Assembly: GCA_044225365.1 (NCBI GenBank) | Contig: JBGAIQ010000079.1 | Span: 1-21,469, forward strand | Source: Planctomycetota bacterium | GTDB lineage: Bacteria > Planctomycetota > B15-G4 > JADJEK01 | Direction of reading: 5' to 3' | DNA: 21,469 nucleotides | Shown: positions 13,696 through 21,469 of the stretch, one piece after another | Position numbering within the stretch: position 1 is the stretch's first letter | Layout: every line of letters begins with the position of its first letter | Translations under genes and position numbers: made by a program | Notes under the pieces: model-generated | The model's database searches: none | What the model was told of the DNA's origin: nothing | Seen by the model: only the letters and a program-made list of their open reading frames with translations

Positions 13696-15168
13696 ATGAA
13701 GATCCGCGTGCGGGCGGTGTTCTGCGCTCTTCTCTTCCTCACCGTCTCGTCCTGCGCCGCGATCGGTGATTTGAAGTGGCCGGGTCCCGTTCCCGACTCC
13801 GAGCTCGACCAGCGATTCAGTCCGAGTGAGCTGCGCGAAGACCTTCTCGAAGCCCGCGCGAGGATCGAGGAGATCCACCCCGATGCATACGCAAGGACCT
13901 CGCGCGAAGAAGTCGACGCGGCGGTCATGCACGCGCTCGACGACATCGAGAAGCCGCTCACCCGGCGTGAATTCGCACCGCGATTCCAGCGCTTCCTCGC
14001 GACCTTCGGCGATGGGCATACGAGTGGAGGATTCCCGAGCGAGGAGTTCTCTCGCGAGGCGAAAGCGAATGGCCGTTACCTTCCTTTCGACGCACGCGAC
14101 GAGGAAGGGGTGATCCGGATCGATCCGCTCTACGAGCCCGTGCACGACATGGACGTGGGCGACCGCTTGATCGCACTTCAGGGTCAGCCGATCGAGGTCT
14201 GGTTCGCCGACTGGGTCGGCCTGAAGTGTGGTCCGGCACGTTGGAAGCGCAAGCTCGTCGCCGAGAGCCTACGGGCCTCGGCTTGGCAAGGCGGAATCGA
14301 ATTGCCCGCCCTCGTCGAATGGGAGAAGCCAGACGGTCGACGATGCAGCGCGTGGGTATCGGGCATTCCTTGGCACAACCGGTCCGTGAGCTCGGGAGTG
14401 CGCTGGGAATTCAAGGTTCTCGAGGGCGATATCGGGTATCTCGACTTTCGCAGCATGGACGATCGAGAGACGTGGCAGAAGTTCCTCGAGGCAACCTTCG
14501 CGCGAATGAAGAACGAGAACCTCCGCGGCCTCGTGATCGATCTGCGCAAGAACGGCGGCGGGGACTCCTCGCTCGGTGACGACCTCATCCAGTACGTCAC
14601 GAGCAAGGACTACCGGATGGCGGCGCGCAAGGACTGGAAGGCGAGCCGTGCGTACCGGGATTTCCTGAAGACTCGTCTCAGTGCGTGGATCTCGTGGCTC
14701 CCCGTCGAATGGGTTCATCCCGTTGGTCGCAAATTCTTCGGCGCGGAGGAAGGCTCGATCGTCGCTTTCGAATCGGAGATGGACCATCCCGTGCCGGATT
14801 CGGATGCGCCACTCCGCTTCGAAGGACCCGTCGTGCTGCTGATCGGCGCCGGCACATTCTCCTCCGCATTGATGACGGCCGACGCGTTCGCGACGTATCG
14901 CCTCGCGACCGTCATGGGCGAAGAAACGGCCGAGTGCCCGACGGGCTTCGGCGAAGTGATGGGGCTCGCTCTGCCGCACACCGGCTTGCGGTATCAGGTG
15001 TCGTCCGCTCGATTCGTGCGCGCGAGCGGCGATGCGACGGATCTCGCGGGCGTAAGGCCGGACATCGAAGTGAAGCCGACAGCCGACGACATCCAGAAGG
15101 GAATCGACACGGCGCTCGAGCACGCGCGTCGCTTCGTGCGCGACGCGCCCCACCCCGCGACGAGGTGA
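13696..15168 (+). CDS. S41-family peptidase lipoprotein, 490 aa
   Basis: Lipobox VSSC, DGHT, PDZ-like GDRLIALQG, IGYLDFRS, LVIDLRKNGGG, catalytic-Ser region TFSSA, GEET and GVRPDIEV. Confidence 0.92.
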   Translation: MKIRVRAVFCALLFLTVSSCAAIGDLKWPGPVPDSELDQRFSPSELREDLLEARARIEEIHPDAYARTSREEVDAAVMHALDDIEKPLTRREFAPRFQRFLATFGDGHTSGGFPSEEFSREAKANGRYLPFDARDEEGVIRIDPLYEPVHDMDVGDRLIALQGQPIEVWFADWVGLKCGPARWKRKLVAESLRASAWQGGIELPALVEWEKPDGRRCSAWVSGIPWHNRSVSSGVRWEFKVLEGDIGYLDFRSMDDRETWQKFLEATFARMKNENLRGLVIDLRKNGGGDSSLGDDLIQYVTSKDYRMAARKDWKASRAYRDFLKTRLSAWISWLPVEWVHPVGRKFFGAEEGSIVAFESEMDHPVPDSDAPLRFEGPVVLLIGAGTFSSALMTADAFATYRLATVMGEETAECPTGFGEVMGLALPHTGLRYQVSSARFVRASGDATDLAGVRPDIEVKPTADDIQKGIDTALEHARRFVRDAPHPATR

Positions 15169-15175
15169 GACACAT

Positions 15176-16672
15176 TCATTCGAAGCGATGGGGAAGCGCC
15201 CGCCACACGTTGCCGAGGGCGATCGGGGTGCGTTTCTCGTGATCGAATCCGATTGCGTCGACCTTCGAACCGAAGGCTCCGACGACGGCAAAGAGATGGT
15301 CGTCCGGGTCGAAGGCGAGGGCATCGACCCAGCTGTATCCGACGCCCGCCCATCCCGCCGATCCGCGGACGTGGGACAACTCGGAGTCGAGACGCAGAAC
15401 GAATCCATCGATCTTGCGCTGCGTCTCGCCGACACCCGCGATCCACGCGCTCGCGTCCGAGCTGCCGCCGACGACGATGTCGCCGGTCTTCGAGAGTGCG
15501 AGCGCGCAGATCTGATCGCGCGACGGCGTGGAGACGTAGGTCGAGTGCCGCAGCGCGCCGTCGGGATCGAGAACGGCAACGAAGCCGTCTTCGGTGCCCG
15601 CGGCGCCTCGCGAACGCGTCTGGAATGCTCCGTCCGTGGTCGGGAAATCCAAAGACTCCGTGGTGCCCGCGAGGACGATGCGTCCTTGCGCGTCGATCGC
15701 GAGACCACCACCCGAAGCGCCATGCTCCGCCATCTCGCTGAACTGCGGGCCCGATTCCTGATCCAGGTCCTCGTTGTCGGCGAACTCGTCTTCCGATCCG
15801 CCGATCGCGACGAGGAACTGGCGACGATCCGCCCTATCGTAACGGGCGATGAACATGTCGCCCGAACCGCAGGGACCGTAGCGTCGCGATGGAGTGGGGC
15901 CGTCGTCGACGAGCCCGCCGGCGAGCACGATCCCCTTCGAATCGCATGCGAGGAGAACCGCGGATCGTTCGCCGCACGGGAAGAAGTCGATGACCTTCGG
16001 AGCACCCGCCTCGATCCTCACGACGAACGCGTGCATTCGAGCCCGATCGTCCGTCGAACTCGCGACGGGCGAGAGGAACTCCGCGCGGTCGACGGATTCC
16101 GAACACCCAGCGACGATCAGGTTTCCCTCGCGATCGAACGCGATCCCGGATCCGCAGTCCATTCGTCCGCCGCCGAACGTGAGGGACATCTCGACCTGCT
16201 TCAGGTCCTTCGAGAAGACGACGACGAAGACGTCGGCCTCGAATCGCATCCGACGATTCGGGGCGCGGGAGGGGAAATGGGGGAAACGGCTGCTTCGCGT
16301 CGAGCCCGTCACGGCGATGCGACCGTCCTTCGCGACCGCGACCGCGATCGGAACGGTCGATTCGCCACCGAGGTCGCGACACGCGCGAATGCGGCCGTCG
16401 GGCGCGAACATCACGATCGTGCCGCTGCGATCCACCCGAAGCATTCCCGAGCGACCTCCAACCGCCACGAAATCGCCGCTCGCGGTGAGCGCGACGTCGT
16501 GAAGGGTCGCCATCGGTCCGAGCTCGGGAAGCCGCACGCTCGTCGCGTCGTCATCGACCATTTCTTCGAGCGTCTGGAAGTACGCTTCGACGTGCGACCG
16601 CGACTCGGAGCCGAGAGGATCCGCGTCTTTCGTCTGCGCATGCATCGCGAAAGCGAGTAGTGCGGGAATCAT
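15176..16672 (-). CDS. SBBP-like beta-propeller protein, paralog 1 (most diverged), 498 aa
   Basis: Motifs GGGRMDCGSGIAFDREGNLIVAG and GLAIDAQGRIVLAGTTESLDFPTTDGAFQ..DGFVAVLDPDGALRHSTY. GGAG RBS; ends HRFE. Confidence 0.88.
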   Translation of the reverse strand: MIPALLAFAMHAQTKDADPLGSESRSHVEAYFQTLEEMVDDDATSVRLPELGPMATLHDVALTASGDFVAVGGRSGMLRVDRSGTIVMFAPDGRIRACRDLGGESTVPIAVAVAKDGRIAVTGSTRSSRFPHFPSRAPNRRMRFEADVFVVVFSKDLKQVEMSLTFGGGRMDCGSGIAFDREGNLIVAGCSESVDRAEFLSPVASSTDDRARMHAFVVRIEAGAPKVIDFFPCGERSAVLLACDSKGIVLAGGLVDDGPTPSRRYGPCGSGDMFIARYDRADRRQFLVAIGGSEDEFADNEDLDQESGPQFSEMAEHGASGGGLAIDAQGRIVLAGTTESLDFPTTDGAFQTRSRGAAGTEDGFVAVLDPDGALRHSTYVSTPSRDQICALALSKTGDIVVGGSSDASAWIAGVGETQRKIDGFVLRLDSELSHVRGSAGWAGVGYSWVDALAFDPDDHLFAVVGAFGSKVDAIGFDHEKRTPIALGNVWRALPHRFE

Positions 16673-16724
16673 CGCGAGCGCGCTCCCTTCATTGCCAATC
16701 GTGTCATCGTGTTCCTTCGAACGG

Positions 16725-16760
16725 CGGTCGTGAAGTCGAGGACACTCTCGACACGATCCG
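16725..16760. other. Intergenic hairpin between SBBP paralogs 2 and 1 (possible terminator or processing site)
   Basis: GTCGAG/CTCGAC stem extended by TCGT/ACGA and CGG/CCG with bulges; no clear U-tract. Confidence 0.3.
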
Positions 16761-16803
16761 GGACCGATCGAATGTCGCGTCCGAGCTCGTTACTGGTCGC
16801 ACG

Positions 16804-18282
16804 TCATTCGAATCGGTGAACGATCGCATGCCATCCCGCGCCGGCGATCGGAGTTCGCGGCTTGGTGGAATCGAATTCTACCGCCTGGGCTTCTCTCGCA
16901 TTCGAGCCCCCGATCGCCACGATTCGGCCTTTTGAGTCGATCGCGATCCCCTCGACCCATTGATTCGTATCGCCGATGAAGCCGGCATGGCCGGTCGCGC
17001 GCGTCAGGTCGGCGTCGAGTCGAAGGACGAAGCCTTCGTAGCCGTTGTCGTCGTGGGTTCCATCGATCCACGCACGATCATGACACCGCCCGCCGATGAG
17101 GATGTCTCCGTCTCTTGCGATCGCGAGCGCTCCGGGCTCGTCGACATCGTGGGTCGATAGGTACGTCGCGCGCACGAGCGCGCCGCCGGCATCGACGATC
17201 GCGACGAAGCCGTCCCCCGGCCACTGGGCGTCGCGCGCCGGCGTGGGCTGGAACACGCCGGGTGTCGTCGGGATATCCACCGATCGCGTGGAGCCGCAGA
17301 TCACGGCGTTGCCGTGCGAATCGATCGCCAGGCCGCCGCCGATCGCCGCGTGCTCGCACATCTCATCGAGCCCAAGTGGAGGAGAGAAGCTCAACACATC
17401 CGATGCGAAGTCCTCCGGCCCGCTGCCGCCGATCGCGAGGAGGAAACGGCGGCGGCCCGTCGGCACGTAACGAGCCAGGAAGAGATCGCTGTCGCCCGCG
17501 GGTCCGATCCGCAGCTCGACGCTCGCGTGGTTGCCCTTCCCGAACACTCCCGCGAGAACGGCGGAGGTGCCCGTGCACGCAACGTAGGCCGGCGTGAGGC
17601 GACCGGTCGGAATCAGGTCGACGAGCGTCGCCACACCGTGTTCGAGGCGAACGAGGAACACATTGCCGCCATTGCGATGCGCTTCCATCCGTGCGGCGTC
17701 GGGTGACTCGAATTCGTCCCGTTCGCTGGACTCGCTTCCGCCCGCGACGAAGATGCGGTCCTCGGAGTCGAACGCGATCGAGGTGGCGATGTCGGCACCG
17801 CCGCCGCCAAAGGCGATCGACATCTCGACGCGCGAGAGATCGGGCGAGAAGACGACGACGTAGGGATCGCCCGCGGATCGCGTGCGACGCTCGGTGCCCT
17901 TTGCCCGAGAGTTCGGGAACGCCGCGCTCTGCGTGACGCCCGCGACGGCGACGCGTCCGTCGCTCGCGACCGCGACCGCCATCGCGAGCGATCCCGATCC
18001 GCCGATGAAACGCGCACACTCGGCGGTGCGACCGTCGGCCGCGAACTTCGCGACGAAACCGCGGCGAAACAGGAACGATCCCACGTCGTGGCCATCGCCG
18101 ACCACGACGAAGCCGCCGTCGTGCGTCGCGGCGACGCCGTGGTAGGTCGGTAGGAATCCCGATTCGAATGCGTCCCCATTCGAAAGGTCTTCCGCGTCGA
18201 AGCTCGTGAAGAAGTCCTCGACGCCGGAGTCCGAGGACTTCGGGGCGGCGAGCAGGGAAATGGCGACGACGACGTTCCACAT
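16804..18282 (-). CDS. SBBP-like beta-propeller protein, paralog 2, 492 aa
   Basis: Start MWNVVVAISLLAA aligns with the paralog 3 start. Motifs GGGGADIATSIAFD and GGLAIDSHGNAVICGSTRSVDIPTTPGVFQ; ends HRFE. The track extension to 19248 is antisense to the PD40 gene. Confidence 0.88.
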   Translation of the reverse strand: MWNVVVAISLLAAPKSSDSGVEDFFTSFDAEDLSNGDAFESGFLPTYHGVAATHDGGFVVVGDGHDVGSFLFRRGFVAKFAADGRTAECARFIGGSGSLAMAVAVASDGRVAVAGVTQSAAFPNSRAKGTERRTRSAGDPYVVVFSPDLSRVEMSIAFGGGGADIATSIAFDSEDRIFVAGGSESSERDEFESPDAARMEAHRNGGNVFLVRLEHGVATLVDLIPTGRLTPAYVACTGTSAVLAGVFGKGNHASVELRIGPAGDSDLFLARYVPTGRRRFLLAIGGSGPEDFASDVLSFSPPLGLDEMCEHAAIGGGLAIDSHGNAVICGSTRSVDIPTTPGVFQPTPARDAQWPGDGFVAIVDAGGALVRATYLSTHDVDEPGALAIARDGDILIGGRCHDRAWIDGTHDDNGYEGFVLRLDADLTRATGHAGFIGDTNQWVEGIAIDSKGRIVAIGGSNAREAQAVEFDSTKPRTPIAGAGWHAIVHRFE

Positions 18283-18322
18283 CCGAAGCGAACCCCCATC
18301 CACGAGTTGGGCACGACTTGGA

Positions 18323-18328
18323 ATCCTA
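18323..18328 (-). promoter_or_regulatory. Candidate -10 element (TAGGAT) for SBBP paralog 2
   Basis: Aligns with TACGAT in the duplicate spacer. Confidence 0.5.
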
Positions 18329-18432
18329 CCGCTGAATCTGGGCGAGGGATTTCCCGGATTTCGCGGGCCGCTACGCGCCACCGCGGGGATCACCCATGCT
18401 GAATCCACGGCGCTTCGAACCGGAGTCACACC

Positions 18433-19686
18433 ATGCGTCCCATCTTCCTCGCCCTCGTGCTCGCCTTTCCTGCCCTCGCGACTGCGGCCAACGTTCCGAA
18501 GGGCGGCACCCTGCTGCTTTCGAAGGGCGCGAACGGCGAAGCCGCGAACGCCGACTCTCGCCTGCCGACGATGGCGCCGAGCGGCAAGACGATGGCGGCC
18601 TCGACGCTCGCGTCGAACCTCGGCCCCGGCACGTACAACGGATTCGAGCAGATCATCGGGTATCACCGCGATGGCAAGTCGATCGGCAGCATCTCGAAGA
18701 TGTGGGGCGGGAATCTCGCCAACGACAACTGCGGGTATTCGCGACTGTCGAAGAGCGGGCGGTTCATCGCCTTCGAGAGCGAGGCGAACTTCGGGTTCCC
18801 TGGGGTTCCGGGCGGCTACCAGCAGATCTTCTGGCGCGACACGAAGACGAACGATCTGAAGTTCGCCTCGGTCGGCCCGAGCGGCGCGGTCCCCAACGCG
18901 ATGGCCTACGTCTACGACATCTCCGACGACGGTCGTTTCGTACTCTTCTGGACTCGCGCGGGCAATCTGATCCCCAACGACGACAACATGACGTTCCGTG
19001 CCTACGTGCGCGACATGCAGCAGGGGATGACGGAGCTCGTCTCCGTGACGAATACCGGCCTCCCGTTCAACGACGATATGTACCGCCCGAAGATGTCCGG
19101 CGACGGCCGCTTCGTCTTCTTCGACTCGTACGCGCCCAATCTGGGCTACGGCGCGGACACTCAGGTCTACGTCCGTGATCGGCTGACGAAGACCACGACG
19201 CTCCTCAGCAAGAACGCGGCAGGTCTGCAGGGCGCATCGAACACTCAACTGCTCGACGTCTCACGCAACGGTCGCTTCGTCGTGATGAACACGGACGCGC
19301 TCGATCTCGTTGGACCGCTGCTCGAAGGGCACATCGTGCTCCTCGATCGGGTGACGGGCAAGCTGAAGGCGCTCGACGTCGCGATGCCGGGCAAGACCAT
19401 CTACTACGCCGGGCTCCAGACGGCCATCTCGAACGACGGCAAGCGCCTGATCCTGTCGATCGATTTCAAGGACTCGATCACGAACGCGCATTCGGTCGCC
19501 ATCTGCGAATACGACCTCGTGACCGGCAAGCGTTGGACGGCATCCGAGATCGTGGGTCAGAGCTACCACGACGCCTATCTCGTCTTCGACGCATCGGCGA
19601 CCGCCGAATGGGTGGTCTTCGTGACCGAGTCGGACCTCAAGGAGTCGAACGGCAAGCTCGACGCCTACCTCTATCGAGCCCACTGA
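18433..19686 (+). CDS. Exported PD40/TolB-like beta-propeller protein, copy 1, 417 aa
   Basis: GGAG RBS and signal peptide MRPIFLALVLAFPALATA. Repeats LSKSGRFIAFES, ISDDGRFVLF, MSGDGRFVFFDS, VSRNGRFVV, ISNDGKRL and QVYVRDRL. Confidence 0.9.
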   Translation: MRPIFLALVLAFPALATAANVPKGGTLLLSKGANGEAANADSRLPTMAPSGKTMAASTLASNLGPGTYNGFEQIIGYHRDGKSIGSISKMWGGNLANDNCGYSRLSKSGRFIAFESEANFGFPGVPGGYQQIFWRDTKTNDLKFASVGPSGAVPNAMAYVYDISDDGRFVLFWTRAGNLIPNDDNMTFRAYVRDMQQGMTELVSVTNTGLPFNDDMYRPKMSGDGRFVFFDSYAPNLGYGADTQVYVRDRLTKTTTLLSKNAAGLQGASNTQLLDVSRNGRFVVMNTDALDLVGPLLEGHIVLLDRVTGKLKALDVAMPGKTIYYAGLQTAISNDGKRLILSIDFKDSITNAHSVAICEYDLVTGKRWTASEIVGQSYHDAYLVFDASATAEWVVFVTESDLKESNGKLDAYLYRAH

Positions 19687-19687
19687 T

Positions 19688-19708
19688 CGGTCGAAGGGCT
19701 TCCGACCG
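19688..19708. terminator. Hairpin between convergent genes (possible bidirectional terminator)
   Basis: CGGTCG/CGACCG arms in a 36-bp convergent gap; no U-tract. Confidence 0.4.
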
Positions 19709-19722
19709 TCCCGATGTCCCCG

Positions 19723-21210
19723 TCACTCGAATCGATGCACGATCGGGTGCCAGCCTTTGGGTGCGAGCGAAACGAGGGGGTTCTTCGGATCGAATTCGAC
19801 GGCGGAAGCGTGGACACCGTTCGAGCCCCCGACCGCAACGACGCGGCCTGAAGGATCGATCGCGAGTGCGTCGACCCACTGGAATCCGCCGCCGATGAAA
19901 CCGGCGTGGCCGGTCATGCGCGCCAGCTCCGCGTCGAGCCGGAGGACGAAGCCTTCGTAGCCGTCGACTTCATGTGTTCCGTCGATCCACGCGCGATCAT
20001 GGCAACGGCCGCCGATCACGACGTCCCCGCCCTTGTCGATCGCGAGTGCGCCCGGTTCGTCGACATCGCGGGTCGAGAGATAGGACGCCCGCACGATATC
20101 GCCCTGTTCGTCGACGATCGCGATGAAGCCGTCGCCGTAGAAGAGTGGCTTGTCGACGGGAGACTCCTGGAACGCGCCCGGCGTCGTGGGCAGATCCGTG
20201 GACTCGGTGCAGCCGCAGAGAATGGCCCGGCCTCGCGAGTCGATCGCGAGGCCACCGCCGATCGCGGTGTGCTCGTACAGCTCGTAGATCTCGGGCGGCG
20301 AGAAGATCAGTGCGTCCGATGCGAAGGTCTCGTCCTCGCTCCCTCCGATCGCAACGAGAAAGCGTCGCCGTCCGGTCGGGAGGTAACGCGCGAGGAAGAA
20401 GTCCTTCTGTCCTGCGGGGCCGATCCGGCGATCGACTCGAGGAGCAGACTCCTTGTCGATGACGCCCGCGAGCACGGCGGAAGAGCCGCTGCAAGCGACC
20501 AACGCCGGCGTCAGGATCCCTGTCGCGACGAGATCGACGAGAGTTGCTACGCCATGGTCAATGCAAACGAGGAAGGCATTACCGCCGTTGCGATGCGATT
20601 CCATTCGAGCCGCGTCGGGCGATTCGAACTCCTCGACTTCGCTCGACTCGCTTCCGCCGGCGACGAAGATGCGGTCCTCTTGGTCGAACGCGATCGAGGT
20701 CGCGATGTCGGCGCCGCCGCCGCCAAACGCGATGGACATCTCGACGCGCGAGAGATCGGGCGAGAAGACGACGACGAACGGATCGCCTGCAGATCGCGTG
20801 CGACGCTCCGTGCCCTTCGCGTGGAAGTTTGGAAACGTCGCGCTCTGCGTGACGCCCGCGATCGCGATGCGACCGTCGCTCGCGACCGCGACCGCCATCG
20901 CGAGCGATCCCGATCCGCCGATGCATCGCGCCCGCTCGACGGTGCGGCCATCGGCTGCGAACTTCGCGACGAAACCTCGGCGCATCACGAACTGTCCCAC
21001 GTCGTGTCCATCGCCCACGACGACGAAGCCTCCGTCGTGCGTCGCGGTGACGCCGTGGTAGGTCGGCAAGAACCCCGGTTCGAAGTCCGCCGCTGTTGCG
21101 AGGTCCTCCGCCACGAGTTCCTCCGCATCGAAGTTCGTGAAGAAGTCCTCGACGCTCGAGCCCGAGGACTTCACCGCGGTGAGGAGAGCGATGGCGAAGA
21201 CATTCAGCAT
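19723..21210 (-). CDS. SBBP-like beta-propeller protein, paralog 3, 495 aa
   Basis: Start MLNVFAIALLTA; collinear with paralog 2 over the full length; ends HRFE. Confidence 0.88.
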   Translation of the reverse strand: MLNVFAIALLTAVKSSGSSVEDFFTNFDAEELVAEDLATAADFEPGFLPTYHGVTATHDGGFVVVGDGHDVGQFVMRRGFVAKFAADGRTVERARCIGGSGSLAMAVAVASDGRIAIAGVTQSATFPNFHAKGTERRTRSAGDPFVVVFSPDLSRVEMSIAFGGGGADIATSIAFDQEDRIFVAGGSESSEVEEFESPDAARMESHRNGGNAFLVCIDHGVATLVDLVATGILTPALVACSGSSAVLAGVIDKESAPRVDRRIGPAGQKDFFLARYLPTGRRRFLVAIGGSEDETFASDALIFSPPEIYELYEHTAIGGGLAIDSRGRAILCGCTESTDLPTTPGAFQESPVDKPLFYGDGFIAIVDEQGDIVRASYLSTRDVDEPGALAIDKGGDVVIGGRCHDRAWIDGTHEVDGYEGFVLRLDAELARMTGHAGFIGGGFQWVDALAIDPSGRVVAVGGSNGVHASAVEFDPKNPLVSLAPKGWHPIVHRFE

Positions 21211-21239
21211 CGGAAGAGAATCCCCATCAACGAGTTGGG

Positions 21240-21248
21240 ATCGTACCA
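21240..21248 (-). promoter_or_regulatory. Extended -10 element (TGgTACGAT) for SBBP paralog 3
   Basis: TGn-TAnnnT, 29 nt upstream of the ATG; the position is conserved in unit 1. Confidence 0.55.
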
Positions 21249-21350
21249 CGAATTCCAGAGAGCGCGATCTTCCGGAATTCGCGGGCCGCTTCGAGTAATC
21301 GCGCGGATCGGTATCTCGAAAGCCAGTACGCCCTGAAACGGAGTCACACC

Positions 21351-21469
21351 ATGCGTCCCATCTTCCTCGCGCTCGTCCTCGCTTGTCCTGCCATCGCCAC
21401 CGCCGCAAGCGTTCCCAAGGGCGGCACCCTGCTGCTCTCGAAGGGAGCGAACGGTGAAGCCGCGAACGC
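21351..21469 (+). CDS. Exported PD40/TolB-like protein, copy 2 (N-terminal fragment)
   Basis: MRPIFLALVLACPAIATAASVPKGGTLLLSKGANGEAAN is 36/39 identical to copy 1, and the leader CGGAGTCACACC is identical. Confidence 0.9.
   Translation, partial: MRPIFLALVLACPAIATAASVPKGGTLLLSKGANGEAAN

Larger units (their letters stand above)
16804..19722. repeat. Tandem duplication unit 1 (SBBP gene, divergent spacer, PD40 gene), about 2.92 kb
   Basis: Offsets to unit 2: stops 16804/19723 (2919 bp) and PD40 starts 18433/21351 (2918 bp). Identical runs at 17819-17860 = 20735-20776 and 17957-18007 = 20873-20923. Confidence 0.92.
19723..21469. repeat. Tandem duplication unit 2, truncated by the window end
   Basis: Same gene order, same orientation and conserved spacer blocks as unit 1. 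Confidence 0.92.

Noticed and set aside
18308-18324. Sigma-54-like sequence TGGGCACGACTTGGA
   Set aside because: It lacks the GC at -12 with correct GG-N10-GC spacing, is absent from the duplicate spacer, and arises from the 11-bp duplication junction.
18283-19248. N-terminal extension making SBBP paralog 2 an 814-aa protein; the in-frame QLVDG.SL peptide is also seen upstream of paralog 3
   Set aside because: The extension overlaps the PD40 gene in antisense. The conserved peptide is explained by conserved leader DNA, and the 11-bp indel upstream breaks frame equivalence between the copies.
18433-19686. Calling the PD40 protein tolB
   Set aside because: There is no TolB N-terminal domain and no tolQRA/pal context; only the repeat type is shared.
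1358-19725. All 15 complete genes end in TGA, raising possible stop-codon reassignment or selenocysteine readthrough
   Set aside because: TGA preference is expected at this GC content. The proteins end at natural family boundaries, and no gene needs readthrough of an internal stop.
16804-21210. Diversity-generating retroelement (template/variable repeat) explanation for the repeats
   Set aside because: No reverse transcriptase is present in the window, the repeats span whole genes, and the differences are mostly synonymous rather than adenine-specific.
1-21469. CRISPR array, tRNA/rRNA genes, IS elements, integrase, phage or defence genes
   Set aside because: No regularly spaced short repeats, no intergenic gap with a cloverleaf, and no transposase, integrase or nuclease motifs were seen by eye.

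Overview
High-GC bacterial window, roughly 65% GC by eye, strongly enriched in TCGA/CGATCG and depleted in TA. Protein style suggests an uncultured Planctomycetota lineage (inference). I call 17 genes: 15 complete, all ending in TGA, and 2 cut by the window edges. The recognisable enzymes are a dus-rsmG RNA-modification pair, a YyaL-like thioredoxin-domain protein, a Rid-family protein and an S41 peptidase lipoprotein. Most other genes encode predicted exported beta-propeller or beta-rich proteins: FG-GAP, NHL/SMP-30, three SBBP-like, two PD40/TolB-like and one beta-helix repeat protein. No rRNA, tRNA, CRISPR array or mobile element was seen. Most notable: (1) the Dus protein resembles eukaryotic Dus3/DUS3L rather than DusA/B/C; (2) three unrelated exported proteins share a ~115-130 aa terminal module, a candidate uncharacterised surface-sorting or anchoring domain; (3) a ~2.92 kb tandemly duplicated divergent SBBP/PD40 cassette keeps a conserved intergenic region, and a third, more diverged SBBP paralog lies next to it; (4) there are candidate leaderless promoters and RBS-sequestering 5' hairpins. 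All family assignments are motif recognition by eye, not database searches.
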